Source: Burkholderiaceae bacterium (lineage in GTDB: Bacteria; Pseudomonadota; Gammaproteobacteria; Burkholderiales; Burkholderiaceae_C). Taken from it: a DNA stretch of 64,000 nucleotides. Within the stretch, counting starts at the first letter, position 1, and the number at the start of each line of letters is the position of its first letter. Under the pieces are notes generated by a model. It was not told the origin of the DNA. It worked only from the letters and a program-made list of their open reading frames with translations, and searched no databases. Positions 8,732 through 16,727 of the stretch are shown here, piece after piece. The stretch is from NCBI GenBank assembly GCA_022702125.1, contig JAKOND010000210.1, positions 17,322-81,321 of the forward strand. Direction: 5' to 3'. The position numbers and the translations under genes are program-made.

Positions 8732-9742
8732 TCACTCCGCCAGGCTGGCGATGGTCTGGTCGATGGCGCCGAACAGGCTCTGCCCGGCGGCGTTCTTCAT
8801 CTCGATGCGGATGGTGTCGCCGAACTTCATGAATTCGGTGGCGGGCTGGCCGTTCTGGATGGTCTCGATGCAGCGCTTTTCGGCGATGCAGCTGTAGCCC
8901 TTGGGCCATTCCATGCGGCCGTTCTTCTCCACGCCCTGGTTGCTGACGGTGCCGCTCCCCACGATGGCGCCGGCGCGCACGTTGCGCGTCTTGGCGATGT
9001 GGGCGATGAGCTGGCCGAAGTGGAAGGTCATCTCCGGCCCCGCGTCGCACATGCCGACCTTGCGGCCGTTCCAGGTGGATTCGAGCGTGAGATGCAGGCG
9101 CCCGCCCTGCCATGCCGCGCCCAGCTCGTCAGGCGTGATGGCGACCGGCGCGAAGGCCGTGGCCGGCTTGGACTGGAAGAAGCCGAAGCCCTTGGCGAGC
9201 TCGGCCGGGATCAGGTTGCGCAGGGAGACGTCGTTGGCGATGGTCACCAGGCGGATGCCGTCCAGCGCCTGCTCGGGGCTCGTGCCCATCTTCACGTCGC
9301 CGGTGATGACGGCGATCTCGGCCTCGAAGTCGATGCCCATGGCCTCGCTGGGCACGACCACGTCGTCGCAGGGGCCCAGGAAGTCGTCGCTGCCGCCCTG
9401 GTACATGAGCGGGTCGGTGTAGAAGCTCTCGGGCACCTCGGAGTTGCGCGCCTTGCGCACCAGCTCCACATGGTTGAGGTAGGCCGAGCCGTCGGCCCAC
9501 TGGTAGGCGCGCGGCAGCGGTGCCATGCACTGGGCCGGGTCGAACGGAAAGGCGTGGCGGGCGCGGCCGGCGTTGAGCTGGTCGTACAGGTCCTGCAGCT
9601 GCGGCGCGAGGAAGTTCCAGTCGTCCAGCACCTGCTGCAGGCGGCTGGCGATGCCGGTCGCATAATGGGCCGAACCCAGATCGCGAGAGACGACCACCAA
9701 CTGGCCGTCGCGGGAACCATCCTTGTAGGTGGCGAGTTTCAT
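8732..9742 (-). CDS. Fumarylacetoacetate hydrolase family protein
   Basis: MKLATYKDGSRDGQLVVVSRD...DFEAEIAVITGD...GTVSN are FAH-fold motifs. The length is 336 aa. It is divergent from an IclR regulator. Confidence 0.88.
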   Translation of the reverse strand: MKLATYKDGSRDGQLVVVSRDLGSAHYATGIASRLQQVLDDWNFLAPQLQDLYDQLNAGRARHAFPFDPAQCMAPLPRAYQWADGSAYLNHVELVRKARNSEVPESFYTDPLMYQGGSDDFLGPCDDVVVPSEAMGIDFEAEIAVITGDVKMGTSPEQALDGIRLVTIANDVSLRNLIPAELAKGFGFFQSKPATAFAPVAITPDELGAAWQGGRLHLTLESTWNGRKVGMCDAGPEMTFHFGQLIAHIAKTRNVRAGAIVGSGTVSNQGVEKNGRMEWPKGYSCIAEKRCIETIQNGQPATEFMKFGDTIRIEMKNAAGQSLFGAIDQTIASLAE

Positions 9743-9848
9743 CGCTGCGTGCTCCTTGTCTCCGGTCTTCGTTCGGGCAGCCCGCCCTACACGAATTACG
9801 AATGGGTGAATTGATTTACCTAAACAGAACTCACAAATTCTAGTGCAG

Positions 9849-10667
9849 ATGGACAAGGAACGGGCCGGCATCCAGTCGGTGGAAGTGGGGTTCGCGCTGC
9901 TGGACGGATTGACGCGTTCGCGCGGACCGCTAATGCTCAAAGACCTGGCCGCCGCCGCCGGCATGAGCGCGGCCAAGGCGCACCGCTATCTGGTGAGCTT
10001 CCAGCGCCTGGGCCTGGTGGTGCAGGACGCGCGCACCGCCCGCTACGACCTGGGCCCCGCCGCGCTCAAGCTGGGCCTGGCCTCGCTGGCGCGGCTGGAC
10101 GCCATGAAGCTGGCCCGCGAACGCATGCCCGCGCTGATGGAGGCCGTGGGCCACACCCTGGCGCTGGCCGTGTGGGGCAACCGCGGGCCGACCATCGTGC
10201 ATTGGGAGGAATCGCCCCAGGCCGTCACCGCCAACCTGCGGCTGGGCGACGTGATGCCGCTGCTGGCTTCCGCCACCGGCCGCTGTTTCGCCGCCTACCT
10301 GCCGCGCGAGATCACCGCCACGCTGGTGCAGGAAGAGCTGCAGCACGCCGCCCGCCTGCGCCGCACCGACCTGCCCGCCGACGCCGCCGGCGTGGACGCC
10401 CTGCTGCGCGAAGTGCGCGAGCGCGGCTGCGCCCGGGTGGTGGACACGCTGCTGCCCGGCATCGTCGCCTTCTGCGCGCCCGTGTTCGATGCCGACGGCC
10501 ATCTGGCGCTGGGCATCACCACGCTGGGCTCCATCGCCACCTTCGATCCCGCCTGGGGCGGCGCCGTGGAAGCGCCGCTGCGCGAGGCCGCCGAGCGCCT
10601 CTCGCGCGACCTGGGCCGGGGCGATGACCCAGCCCCCCGCGCAACCGCAGCGGCGGCGCCGCGCTGA
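9849..10667 (+). CDS. IclR-family transcriptional regulator
   Basis: MDKERAGIQSVEVGFALLDGLTRSRGPLMLKDLAAAAGMSAAKAHRYLVSFQRLGLV is an IclR wHTH, followed by an effector domain. The ORF track begins at GTG 9843; ATG 9849 is the likelier start. Confidence 0.88.
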   Translation: MDKERAGIQSVEVGFALLDGLTRSRGPLMLKDLAAAAGMSAAKAHRYLVSFQRLGLVVQDARTARYDLGPAALKLGLASLARLDAMKLARERMPALMEAVGHTLALAVWGNRGPTIVHWEESPQAVTANLRLGDVMPLLASATGRCFAAYLPREITATLVQEELQHAARLRRTDLPADAAGVDALLREVRERGCARVVDTLLPGIVAFCAPVFDADGHLALGITTLGSIATFDPAWGGAVEAPLREAAERLSRDLGRGDDPAPRATAAAAPR

Positions 10668-10692
10668 GCGGCCCGGCCAGGGACCGCCGCCG

Positions 10693-11982
10693 ATGCCGCG
10701 CCGCGTGCTGCTCGTCCTCGCCTGCGCCGTGCTGGCGCTGCACCTGCTGGTGATCAGGCACCTGCCGCTGGGCGGCGCTGCGGCGAGCGACAAGCCCCAG
10801 CAGCTGGCATTCCAGACACGCATGGTGGAGCCGCCGGCGCCTGAACCCGCCGCGGTGACCGAGCCCGCGCCAGCCCAACCACCACCGCCCTCGCCGCCCC
10901 CGAAGCCCAGGCCGCGCCACCGCTCGCCCCCCCGACCGGCACCCGCTCCCCCGCCAGCCGAAGCGCCCGCGCCGGAACCGGAGCCCACGCCGGCCGACGC
11001 TCCCACTGCCCCCGCTACGGTGCCGGCGACGGAGCCCTCTGCAACGGCCGAGGCGGCATCGCCCCCGCCCGCGCCGGACGATGCCGCCACGCCAGCGGAT
11101 CCGGCAGCAGCAGCAGCAGCAGCAGCAGCGGGCACCGCCCCGCAGCAGGACACATCCGCCGCTGCAGCGCAGGCCCCCGCCCCGGCCAGTCCCGCCAGCG
11201 CACCCGCTTCTACCCCGCTCACGGCGGCCTCCAGCGCCCCGGCTACCACGGCCCCCACCACCACCGACACCCAGGCCGGCGTCACCATCCAGTCGCCGGG
11301 CAGCGGCACGCCGCCGGTCGATGCCTCGGCAGCCCCGGTGCGGCTGCCGCCTTCGACGCGCCTTAGCTTCGACGTGACCGGCCAGGCCAAGCGCTTCCAC
11401 TACAGCGCCAGCGCCGAACTGCTCTGGCGCAACCTGGGCGCCACCTACGAGGCGCGGCAGGAGATCAAGGCCTTCCTGCTGGGCTCGCGCTCGCAGACCA
11501 GCACCGGCCGCATCACCGAACAAGGCCTGCAGCCGGTGCGCTTCGGGGACCGCGCCCGGGCCGAGCAGGCCGCGCATTTCGACTACGACCGGCATCTGGC
11601 CACCTTCAGCGCCAACACGCCCGACAGCCCCATCGGCCCCGGCGCGCAGGACCGGCTGAGCGTGTTCATCCAGCTGGGCGCGCTGCTGGCGGCCGCGCCC
11701 GAGCGCTATCCACCCGGCACCCGCATCACGCTGACCACGGTGGGCGCGCGCTCGGCCGACCGCTGGAGCTTCACCGTCGAAGGCACCGAAACGCTGAACC
11801 TGCCCGCCGGCCCCACGCCCGCGCTGAAGCTGCAGCGCCTGCCCCGCGCCGACAAGGACCGAGACCAGCAGGCCGACCTGTGGCTGGGCACCGGGCTGGG
11901 CTATCTGCCGGTGCGCATCCGCATCACCCAGGCCAACGGCGACTTCGCCGACCTGGCGCTGAGCGGGCACGAGACACCTTGA
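10693..11982 (+). CDS. DUF3108-domain protein with N-terminal TM anchor and a long Pro/Ala-rich linker
   Basis: MPRRVLLVLACAVLALHLLVI is followed by about 200 aa of P/A/T-rich low complexity. A C-terminal beta-rich domain follows (RLSFDVTGQAKRFHYSASAELLWRN...LPVRIRITQANGDFADLAL). An alternative start at ATG 10624 overlaps iclR. Confidence 0.75.
   Translation: MPRRVLLVLACAVLALHLLVIRHLPLGGAAASDKPQQLAFQTRMVEPPAPEPAAVTEPAPAQPPPPSPPPKPRPRHRSPPRPAPAPPPAEAPAPEPEPTPADAPTAPATVPATEPSATAEAASPPPAPDDAATPADPAAAAAAAAAGTAPQQDTSAAAAQAPAPASPASAPASTPLTAASSAPATTAPTTTDTQAGVTIQSPGSGTPPVDASAAPVRLPPSTRLSFDVTGQAKRFHYSASAELLWRNLGATYEARQEIKAFLLGSRSQTSTGRITEQGLQPVRFGDRARAEQAAHFDYDRHLATFSANTPDSPIGPGAQDRLSVFIQLGALLAAAPERYPPGTRITLTTVGARSADRWSFTVEGTETLNLPAGPTPALKLQRLPRADKDRDQQADLWLGTGLGYLPVRIRITQANGDFADLALSGHETP
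11104..11127 (+). repeat. (GCA)8 trinucleotide repeat inside the DUF3108 gene
   Basis: Eight consecutive GCA codons plus one GCG encode poly-Ala. Confidence 0.95.
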
Positions 11983-12250
11983 GCACCTGCTGCCGCCAGC
12001 GCCGCCAAGAGCCCCTTTGTGCGTCTGCGCTCACAAAGCCGTGGGACGCCGCGCCGATTCGTGCAAGGCCAATCCCCCGCGAGCCCGAACCCCGCGCCAA
12101 TCCGTGAAATACTGTGTTCCAGCAGCACTCCCCGTGCAGGCGTCTTGAAGTCCGCACTGGGGCTGCCATCTGAGTGGTGCGAGAGCCGCCGTCCGAAGCC
12201 TTCGGAGCGAACGGCCCTCGTGAATGCAATGCACTGACAGGGGGAACGCC

Positions 12251-12544
12251 ATGCACATGCTCTACGACTCTGAATCCTTCGTGGTGGTCCACATGCAACC
12301 GGACGCCGCCGACGCCCCGGCAGATGCCCCCGCTGCCTCTCCCCTCGTGCCCCAGCTGGCCCGCCACGGTTTCGAGATCGTGGACAAGCGCTCGGGCAAG
12401 GAGGTCTATCTGGACGGCTCCTGGGCCGAGATGTTCCAGGAGCAGATCCTCGCCTGGCAGCGCGACACGCCCACCCAGGAAGAGGTCGACGACACGCTCG
12501 ACGGCTACGTGGGCCTGGCGCAGAACCCGGTCGTCATCCACTGA
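12251..12544 (+). CDS. DUF3567-like small protein
   Basis: MHMLYDSESFVVVHM...HGFEIVDKRSGKEVYLDGSWAEMFQEQILAWQ...EEVDDTLDGY resembles the betaproteobacterial DUF3567 family, which commonly neighbours DUF3108. Confidence 0.7.
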   Translation: MHMLYDSESFVVVHMQPDAADAPADAPAASPLVPQLARHGFEIVDKRSGKEVYLDGSWAEMFQEQILAWQRDTPTQEEVDDTLDGYVGLAQNPVVIH

Positions 12545-12577
12545 ACCGCATCTGATGCGCCGGCACGCAGCGGCGCA

Positions 12578-13237
12578 TCAGGCACCCGTCTTCGCCCCCG
12601 GCACGGCCAGCGTCGAAAGATAGGCCTCGGGCCCAGGGCGCTGGCGCGCCGCCTTCGGGGCGGCTGCACTGCCCACGCTCAGGAAACACAGCGGTTGCTC
12701 GCCATCGGCGAGCGCGAACAGCCGGCGCAGCGCATCGGAATGCAATGCCTTGCCGCTGGTGAGCGCCGAACCGAAACCCAGGGCCGTCGCCATCAGCAGC
12801 ATGTTCTGCAGCGCGCAGCCGGCCGCCACAGTACGCTCGGCCGCGGGAATGGCCGCATCGCCGCGCAGCAGATCCACCACGGCCAGCAGCAGCACGGGCG
12901 AGCGGTAGGCCTTGTCGCGCGCCTGTTCGATCTGCTCGGGCAGCGCGCCGGCATCGCGCTCGATCAGCGCCTGGGCGAAGGCATCGGCCAGCGCCGGGCG
13001 GGCGGCCTCGGGCACCAGCACCAGGCGCCAGGGCTGCAGGCGGCCATGGTCGGGCGATTGCCCGGCTGCGGCGACGATGGCCGCGAGCTGCGCGGCATCG
13101 GGCCCGGGCGGGCCCAGGCGCTTGGGCAGCAAGGTCTGGCGCCGTTCCAGGAGGGCCATCAGGCCAGCGCCGTCTGCGGGCATGCCGTTCAGCGCGGCCA
13201 CCGGCGCCTCGCCCTGTTCCATCACCTTCCGATCCAT
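12578..13237 (-). CDS. Nitroreductase-fold protein, YdjA-like
   Basis: SPDHGRLQPWRLVLV...AAGCALQNMLLMATALGFGSALTSG...CFLSVG carries YdjA-type motifs. Its ATG (13237-13235) shares one base with the nrdJ stop (TGATG), indicating translational coupling. Confidence 0.85.
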   Translation of the reverse strand: MDRKVMEQGEAPVAALNGMPADGAGLMALLERRQTLLPKRLGPPGPDAAQLAAIVAAAGQSPDHGRLQPWRLVLVPEAARPALADAFAQALIERDAGALPEQIEQARDKAYRSPVLLLAVVDLLRGDAAIPAAERTVAAGCALQNMLLMATALGFGSALTSGKALHSDALRRLFALADGEQPLCFLSVGSAAAPKAARQRPGPEAYLSTLAVPGAKTGA

Positions 13238-15702
13238 CAGCCGCAGCTCCCCAGTTGGCCGCACTGCGTGCAGTAGTCGCAGCCGTCCTTGCGGATCACG
13301 GCATGGGCGCCGCATTCGCTGCATTTCTTGCCGGCCATGGCGGGCGGCATGCCGCTCGGCAAGGACGGCTCGTCCAGCGGCAGCACCTGCTGCTGCATGG
13401 GCTGCTCGGCGCGCCGCGCCAGGATGTTCTGGATGGCGTAGGCCATGGCGGCGACTTCGGATTCGTGCCAGAGCGGCACGGGCGTGCCGTCGTCCTTGCG
13501 GTGCGTGCCCAGGCGCACGGGGCCGCGGTCCCAGGCCACCTTGCGCATGTCGGACAGCGCCCGCTCCAGGAAACCGCCGCGCGCGGCCAGCGACAGGAGG
13601 CGCATGCTGGAGGTGATCCACTGCTGCGATTCGCCGCTCTGCCCCACGGGCATGAAGAACTCGATGGCGCGATCCACCGTGCCGCCGCGCCCGTCGGGCA
13701 CGGGCAGGAAGGAGACGACGAGATAGAGCGTCTTGTGGCCCTCCTGCGTCCAGTATTCGAGCTTCTCGGCCACGGCGGAAAGGCCGCCCTTGGGCCGGCT
13801 TTCGATCACGGCACGCATCGGGTCCACGGGGGCCGCCGCGGGCTCGGCCGGTGGTGGAGAGGCGGGCTCGGCAGCAGGCACAGAAGGCGCCGTGACCTCC
13901 AGCACCGACCCCAGGATGGTGTTGGGCCGGTAGGTGGCCAGCCCCTTCAGGCCCGCCTGCCAGGCCTGGCGGTAGAGGCCCTTGAAGTCTTCGTAGGGGT
14001 AGTCCGCCGCCACGTTCACCGTCTTGGAGATGGCCGTGTCCACATAGGGCTGCACGGCCTGCATCATGGCGATGTGGTCGGCCGCCGGCATCTCCAGGGC
14101 CGAGACGAAGTAATCCGGCAGCCGGTTCACGTCGCCGCCCAGCAGGCGGTAGAGCCGCCAGGCATGGTCTTCCACCGCGTATTCGCTGGTGCTGCCGTCC
14201 GCCTCGCGCTTGCGGCGGGTGTAGGTCCACGAGAACGGGGGCTCGATGCCGTTGGAGGCGTTGTCGGCGAAGGCCAGGCTCACCGTGCCGGTGGGCGCGA
14301 TGGACAGCAAATGGCTGTTGCGGATGCCGTGCCGGCGGATCAGCGCCTGGATGTCGGCCGGCAGCCGGCTGGCGAAGGTGCCTTCGGCCAGGTAGCCGTC
14401 GGCGTCGAACTTCGGGAAGGCTCCTTTTTCCTGCGCCAGCGCCACCGACGCGCGGTAGGCCGCATCGCGCAGATGGCGGGCGATGCGCACGGCCATGGCG
14501 CGGCCCTCGGGCCGGTCGTAGCGCAGGCGCAGCATGGCCAGCGTGTTGCCCATGCCGGTGAAGCCCACGCCGATGCGCCGCTTGGCGGCGGACTCCTCGC
14601 GCTGCTGCGGCAGCGGCCAGAAGGTGAGGTCGAGCACGTTGTCCAGCGCCCGTACCTGCGTAGCGACTGCGGCCTCGAATGCGGCGAAGTCGAAGGTGGG
14701 CTCGCCACCCTGCAGGCCGAAGGGCTGGCGCACGAAGCGCGTGAGGATGATGGGGCCGAGGTCGCAGCAGCCGTAGGACGGCAGGGGCTGTTCGCCACAA
14801 GGGTTGGTCGCCGCGATGTCTTCGCAATAGCGCAGGTTGTTGTCTTCGTTGATGTGGTCCAGGAACAGGATGCCCGGCTCGGCGAAGTCGTAGGCCGACT
14901 GCATGATGGTGTCCCACAGCGCGCGGGCGGGCACGGAGCGGTACACCCAGAGGCCGTCGGCGCGGCGGTGGGCGCCCTGGGCCTGCAGCGCGGCACCGGG
15001 TTCGGCGCGGTGGACGAGTTCCCAGTCGCCGCCCACCTCCACGGCGGCCATGAAGGCACCGGGCACGCCGACCGAGACGTTGAAGTTGTTCCAGCGGCCC
15101 GGCGTGCGCTTGGCGGTGATGAAGTCCAGCACGTCGGGGTGGTCGATGCGCAGCACGCCCATCTGCGCGCCGCGCCGCGCGCCCGCGCTCTCGACCGTGG
15201 AGCAGGACTGGTCGAACACGTTGATGTAGCTGCACGGACCCGAGGCCTGCGAGGCCGTGCCCTTGACGATGGCGCCGCGCGGGCGGATGCGCGAGAAGTC
15301 GTAGCCCACGCCGCCGCCGCGGCGCATGGTCTCGGCGGCCTCGCGCAGCGCCTCGTAGATGCCGGGGTAGCCGCCGTCGTCCACGCCCTGGATGCAGTCG
15401 CCCACGGGCTGTACGAAGCAGTTGATGAGCGTGGCCTGGATGTCGGTGCCCGCAGCGCTCATGATGCGCCCCGCGCCGATGGCGCCGGCACGCAGATTGG
15501 CGAGGAACAGCGCCTCGTGGCGGGCGCGCTGCTCCGCCGGCTCGACGCTGGCCAGCGCCCGCGCCACGCGGGCGAAGAGCGCTTGGACATCGGGCTCGCC
15601 GTTCTTCAGGTACTTCTCGCGCAGCACATCCAGGCTGATGGGCTGGGGCGTGTCGGTGGGCTGGGCCGGGAGGTGAAGGTCGGGGTGGAGGTCGCGTTGC
15701 AT
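13237..15702 (-). CDS. nrdJ: Class II (adenosylcobalamin-dependent) ribonucleotide reductase
   Basis: The 821-aa protein starts at the internal ATG 15702. Motifs include ISLDVLREKYLKNGE..., NCFV, TNPCGEQPLPSYGCCDLG (active-site Cys loop) and the C-terminal Cys cluster CSECGAHAVIRKDGCDYCTQCG. Confidence 0.95.
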   Translation of the reverse strand: MQRDLHPDLHLPAQPTDTPQPISLDVLREKYLKNGEPDVQALFARVARALASVEPAEQRARHEALFLANLRAGAIGAGRIMSAAGTDIQATLINCFVQPVGDCIQGVDDGGYPGIYEALREAAETMRRGGGVGYDFSRIRPRGAIVKGTASQASGPCSYINVFDQSCSTVESAGARRGAQMGVLRIDHPDVLDFITAKRTPGRWNNFNVSVGVPGAFMAAVEVGGDWELVHRAEPGAALQAQGAHRRADGLWVYRSVPARALWDTIMQSAYDFAEPGILFLDHINEDNNLRYCEDIAATNPCGEQPLPSYGCCDLGPIILTRFVRQPFGLQGGEPTFDFAAFEAAVATQVRALDNVLDLTFWPLPQQREESAAKRRIGVGFTGMGNTLAMLRLRYDRPEGRAMAVRIARHLRDAAYRASVALAQEKGAFPKFDADGYLAEGTFASRLPADIQALIRRHGIRNSHLLSIAPTGTVSLAFADNASNGIEPPFSWTYTRRKREADGSTSEYAVEDHAWRLYRLLGGDVNRLPDYFVSALEMPAADHIAMMQAVQPYVDTAISKTVNVAADYPYEDFKGLYRQAWQAGLKGLATYRPNTILGSVLEVTAPSVPAAEPASPPPAEPAAAPVDPMRAVIESRPKGGLSAVAEKLEYWTQEGHKTLYLVVSFLPVPDGRGGTVDRAIEFFMPVGQSGESQQWITSSMRLLSLAARGGFLERALSDMRKVAWDRGPVRLGTHRKDDGTPVPLWHESEVAAMAYAIQNILARRAEQPMQQQVLPLDEPSLPSGMPPAMAGKKCSECGAHAVIRKDGCDYCTQCGQLGSCG

Positions 15703-15725
15703 GTCGGGAGGCCCTCTTGCGCTAG

Positions 15726-15743
15726 GCTGCCCGGCAGGGCAGC
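15726..15743 (-). other. Perfect 7-bp stem / 4-nt loop hairpin in the nrdJ leader, 24-41 nt upstream of the start
   Basis: The plus strand reads GCTGCCC-ggca-GGGCAGC. Confidence 0.5.
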
Positions 15744-15828
15744 GGGCGCCCTTTTTACACCCGTGGCCGCGCGGCGGGTAGCCCCAAAATCCAAGTCCAT
15801 CCCTTCGGCAGGGCTGGCGCAGCAGAGT

Positions 15829-15846
15829 GCTTGCGGCAGCGCAAGC
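15829..15846 (-). other. Second perfect 7-bp stem / 4-nt loop hairpin in the nrdJ leader
   Basis: The plus strand reads GCTTGCG-gcag-CGCAAGC. Confidence 0.5.
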
Positions 15847-15955
15847 GGGGCATTGGTTTTCCCCATGCAACGCAGTGTTGTTCCAGGCGCCCCTGGCAAG
15901 ACGACGCAGAGCCCCTACATTCTCAGGCCCTTAAAAGATTCAGAAAGCTCTCTCC

Positions 15956-16615
15956 ATGTCCGATACGCAAGCCACCGATGCCTCTTCGCTGATCGAGCGC
16001 CTGAACTGGCGCTACGCCACCAAGAAGATGGACCCGGCCCGCAAGGTGCCGGCCGACAAGCTGGAGCGCATCATCGAGGCCGCCCGCCTGGCCCCGACCT
16101 CCAGCGGCCTGCAGCCGTTCGAGCTGCTGGTGGTGACCGACCCGGCCGTGCGCGCCCGCATCCAGCCCATCGCCTGGAACCAGGGCCAGATCGTGGACAG
16201 CTCGCACCTGCTGGTCTTCGCCGCCTGGGACAACTACACGGCCGAGCGCATCAACACCATGTTCGACTACACGAACGAGGTGCGCGGCTTCACGAACGAG
16301 GGCTGGGAAAACTACCGCCAGCAGCTGCTCGATGCCTATCCGCAGCGCGATCCGCAAGTGAACTTCGAGCACGCCGCACGCCAGGCCTACATCGCCCTGT
16401 CCGCCGCCCTGATGGCCTCCGCCTACGAAGGCGTGGACAGCACGCCCATGGAAGGGTTCGATCCGAACGCGCTGGACGAGATCCTGGGCCTGCGCGCACG
16501 CCACCTGCGCAGCGTGGCCGTGCTGCCGCTGGGCTATCGCCTGTCCGAGCAGGACTGGCTGGTGAACCTGCCCAAGGTGCGCCGTCCGCGCGAGCGCTTC
16601 GTCACCGAAGTCTGA
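15956..16615 (+). CDS. NAD(P)H-dependent nitroreductase (NfsB/FRase-like)
   Basis: LNWRYATKKMDP...IIEAARLAPTSSGLQPFELLVV...HLLVFAAWDN...STPMEGFD. The length is 219 aa. It is divergent from nrdJ. Confidence 0.88.
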   Translation: MSDTQATDASSLIERLNWRYATKKMDPARKVPADKLERIIEAARLAPTSSGLQPFELLVVTDPAVRARIQPIAWNQGQIVDSSHLLVFAAWDNYTAERINTMFDYTNEVRGFTNEGWENYRQQLLDAYPQRDPQVNFEHAARQAYIALSAALMASAYEGVDSTPMEGFDPNALDEILGLRARHLRSVAVLPLGYRLSEQDWLVNLPKVRRPRERFVTEV

Positions 16616-16678
16616 GCGCCGCGGAATCGGGGTGGGGAGCCGATTTCGGCCCCAGCCCTTTTCCCGCCTGCGTTATCA

Positions 16679-16695
16679 GCTATTTAATCCATAGC
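16679..16695. repeat. Short intergenic hairpin element GCTAT-N7-ATAGC (copy 2)
   Basis: GCTATttaatccATAGC lies between convergent genes. A GC hairpin AGCCCC-N9-GGGGCT follows. Confidence 0.5.
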
Positions 16696-16727
16696 AAACC
16701 ACCCTTCAGCCCCACGGGCTGCGGGGC

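Noticed and set aside
12103-12122. Second SOS-like sequence TACTGTGTTCCAGCAGCA upstream of the DUF3567 gene
   Set aside because: Only the CTGT half-site is present. The position 8 nt downstream reads AGCA, not ACAG, so it does not satisfy CTGT-N8-ACAG.
15861-15927. Possible NrdR boxes or a cobalamin riboswitch in the nrdJ leader
   Set aside because: CCCCTACATTCTCAGG and CAACACTGCGTTGCATGG match only half of the 16-bp NrdR palindrome (acaCwAtATaTwGtgt). They are about 51 bp apart rather than the usual 31-32 bp. I could not find the B12-box or GCCACTG core of the riboswitch. An Infernal or PWM scan is needed before any call.
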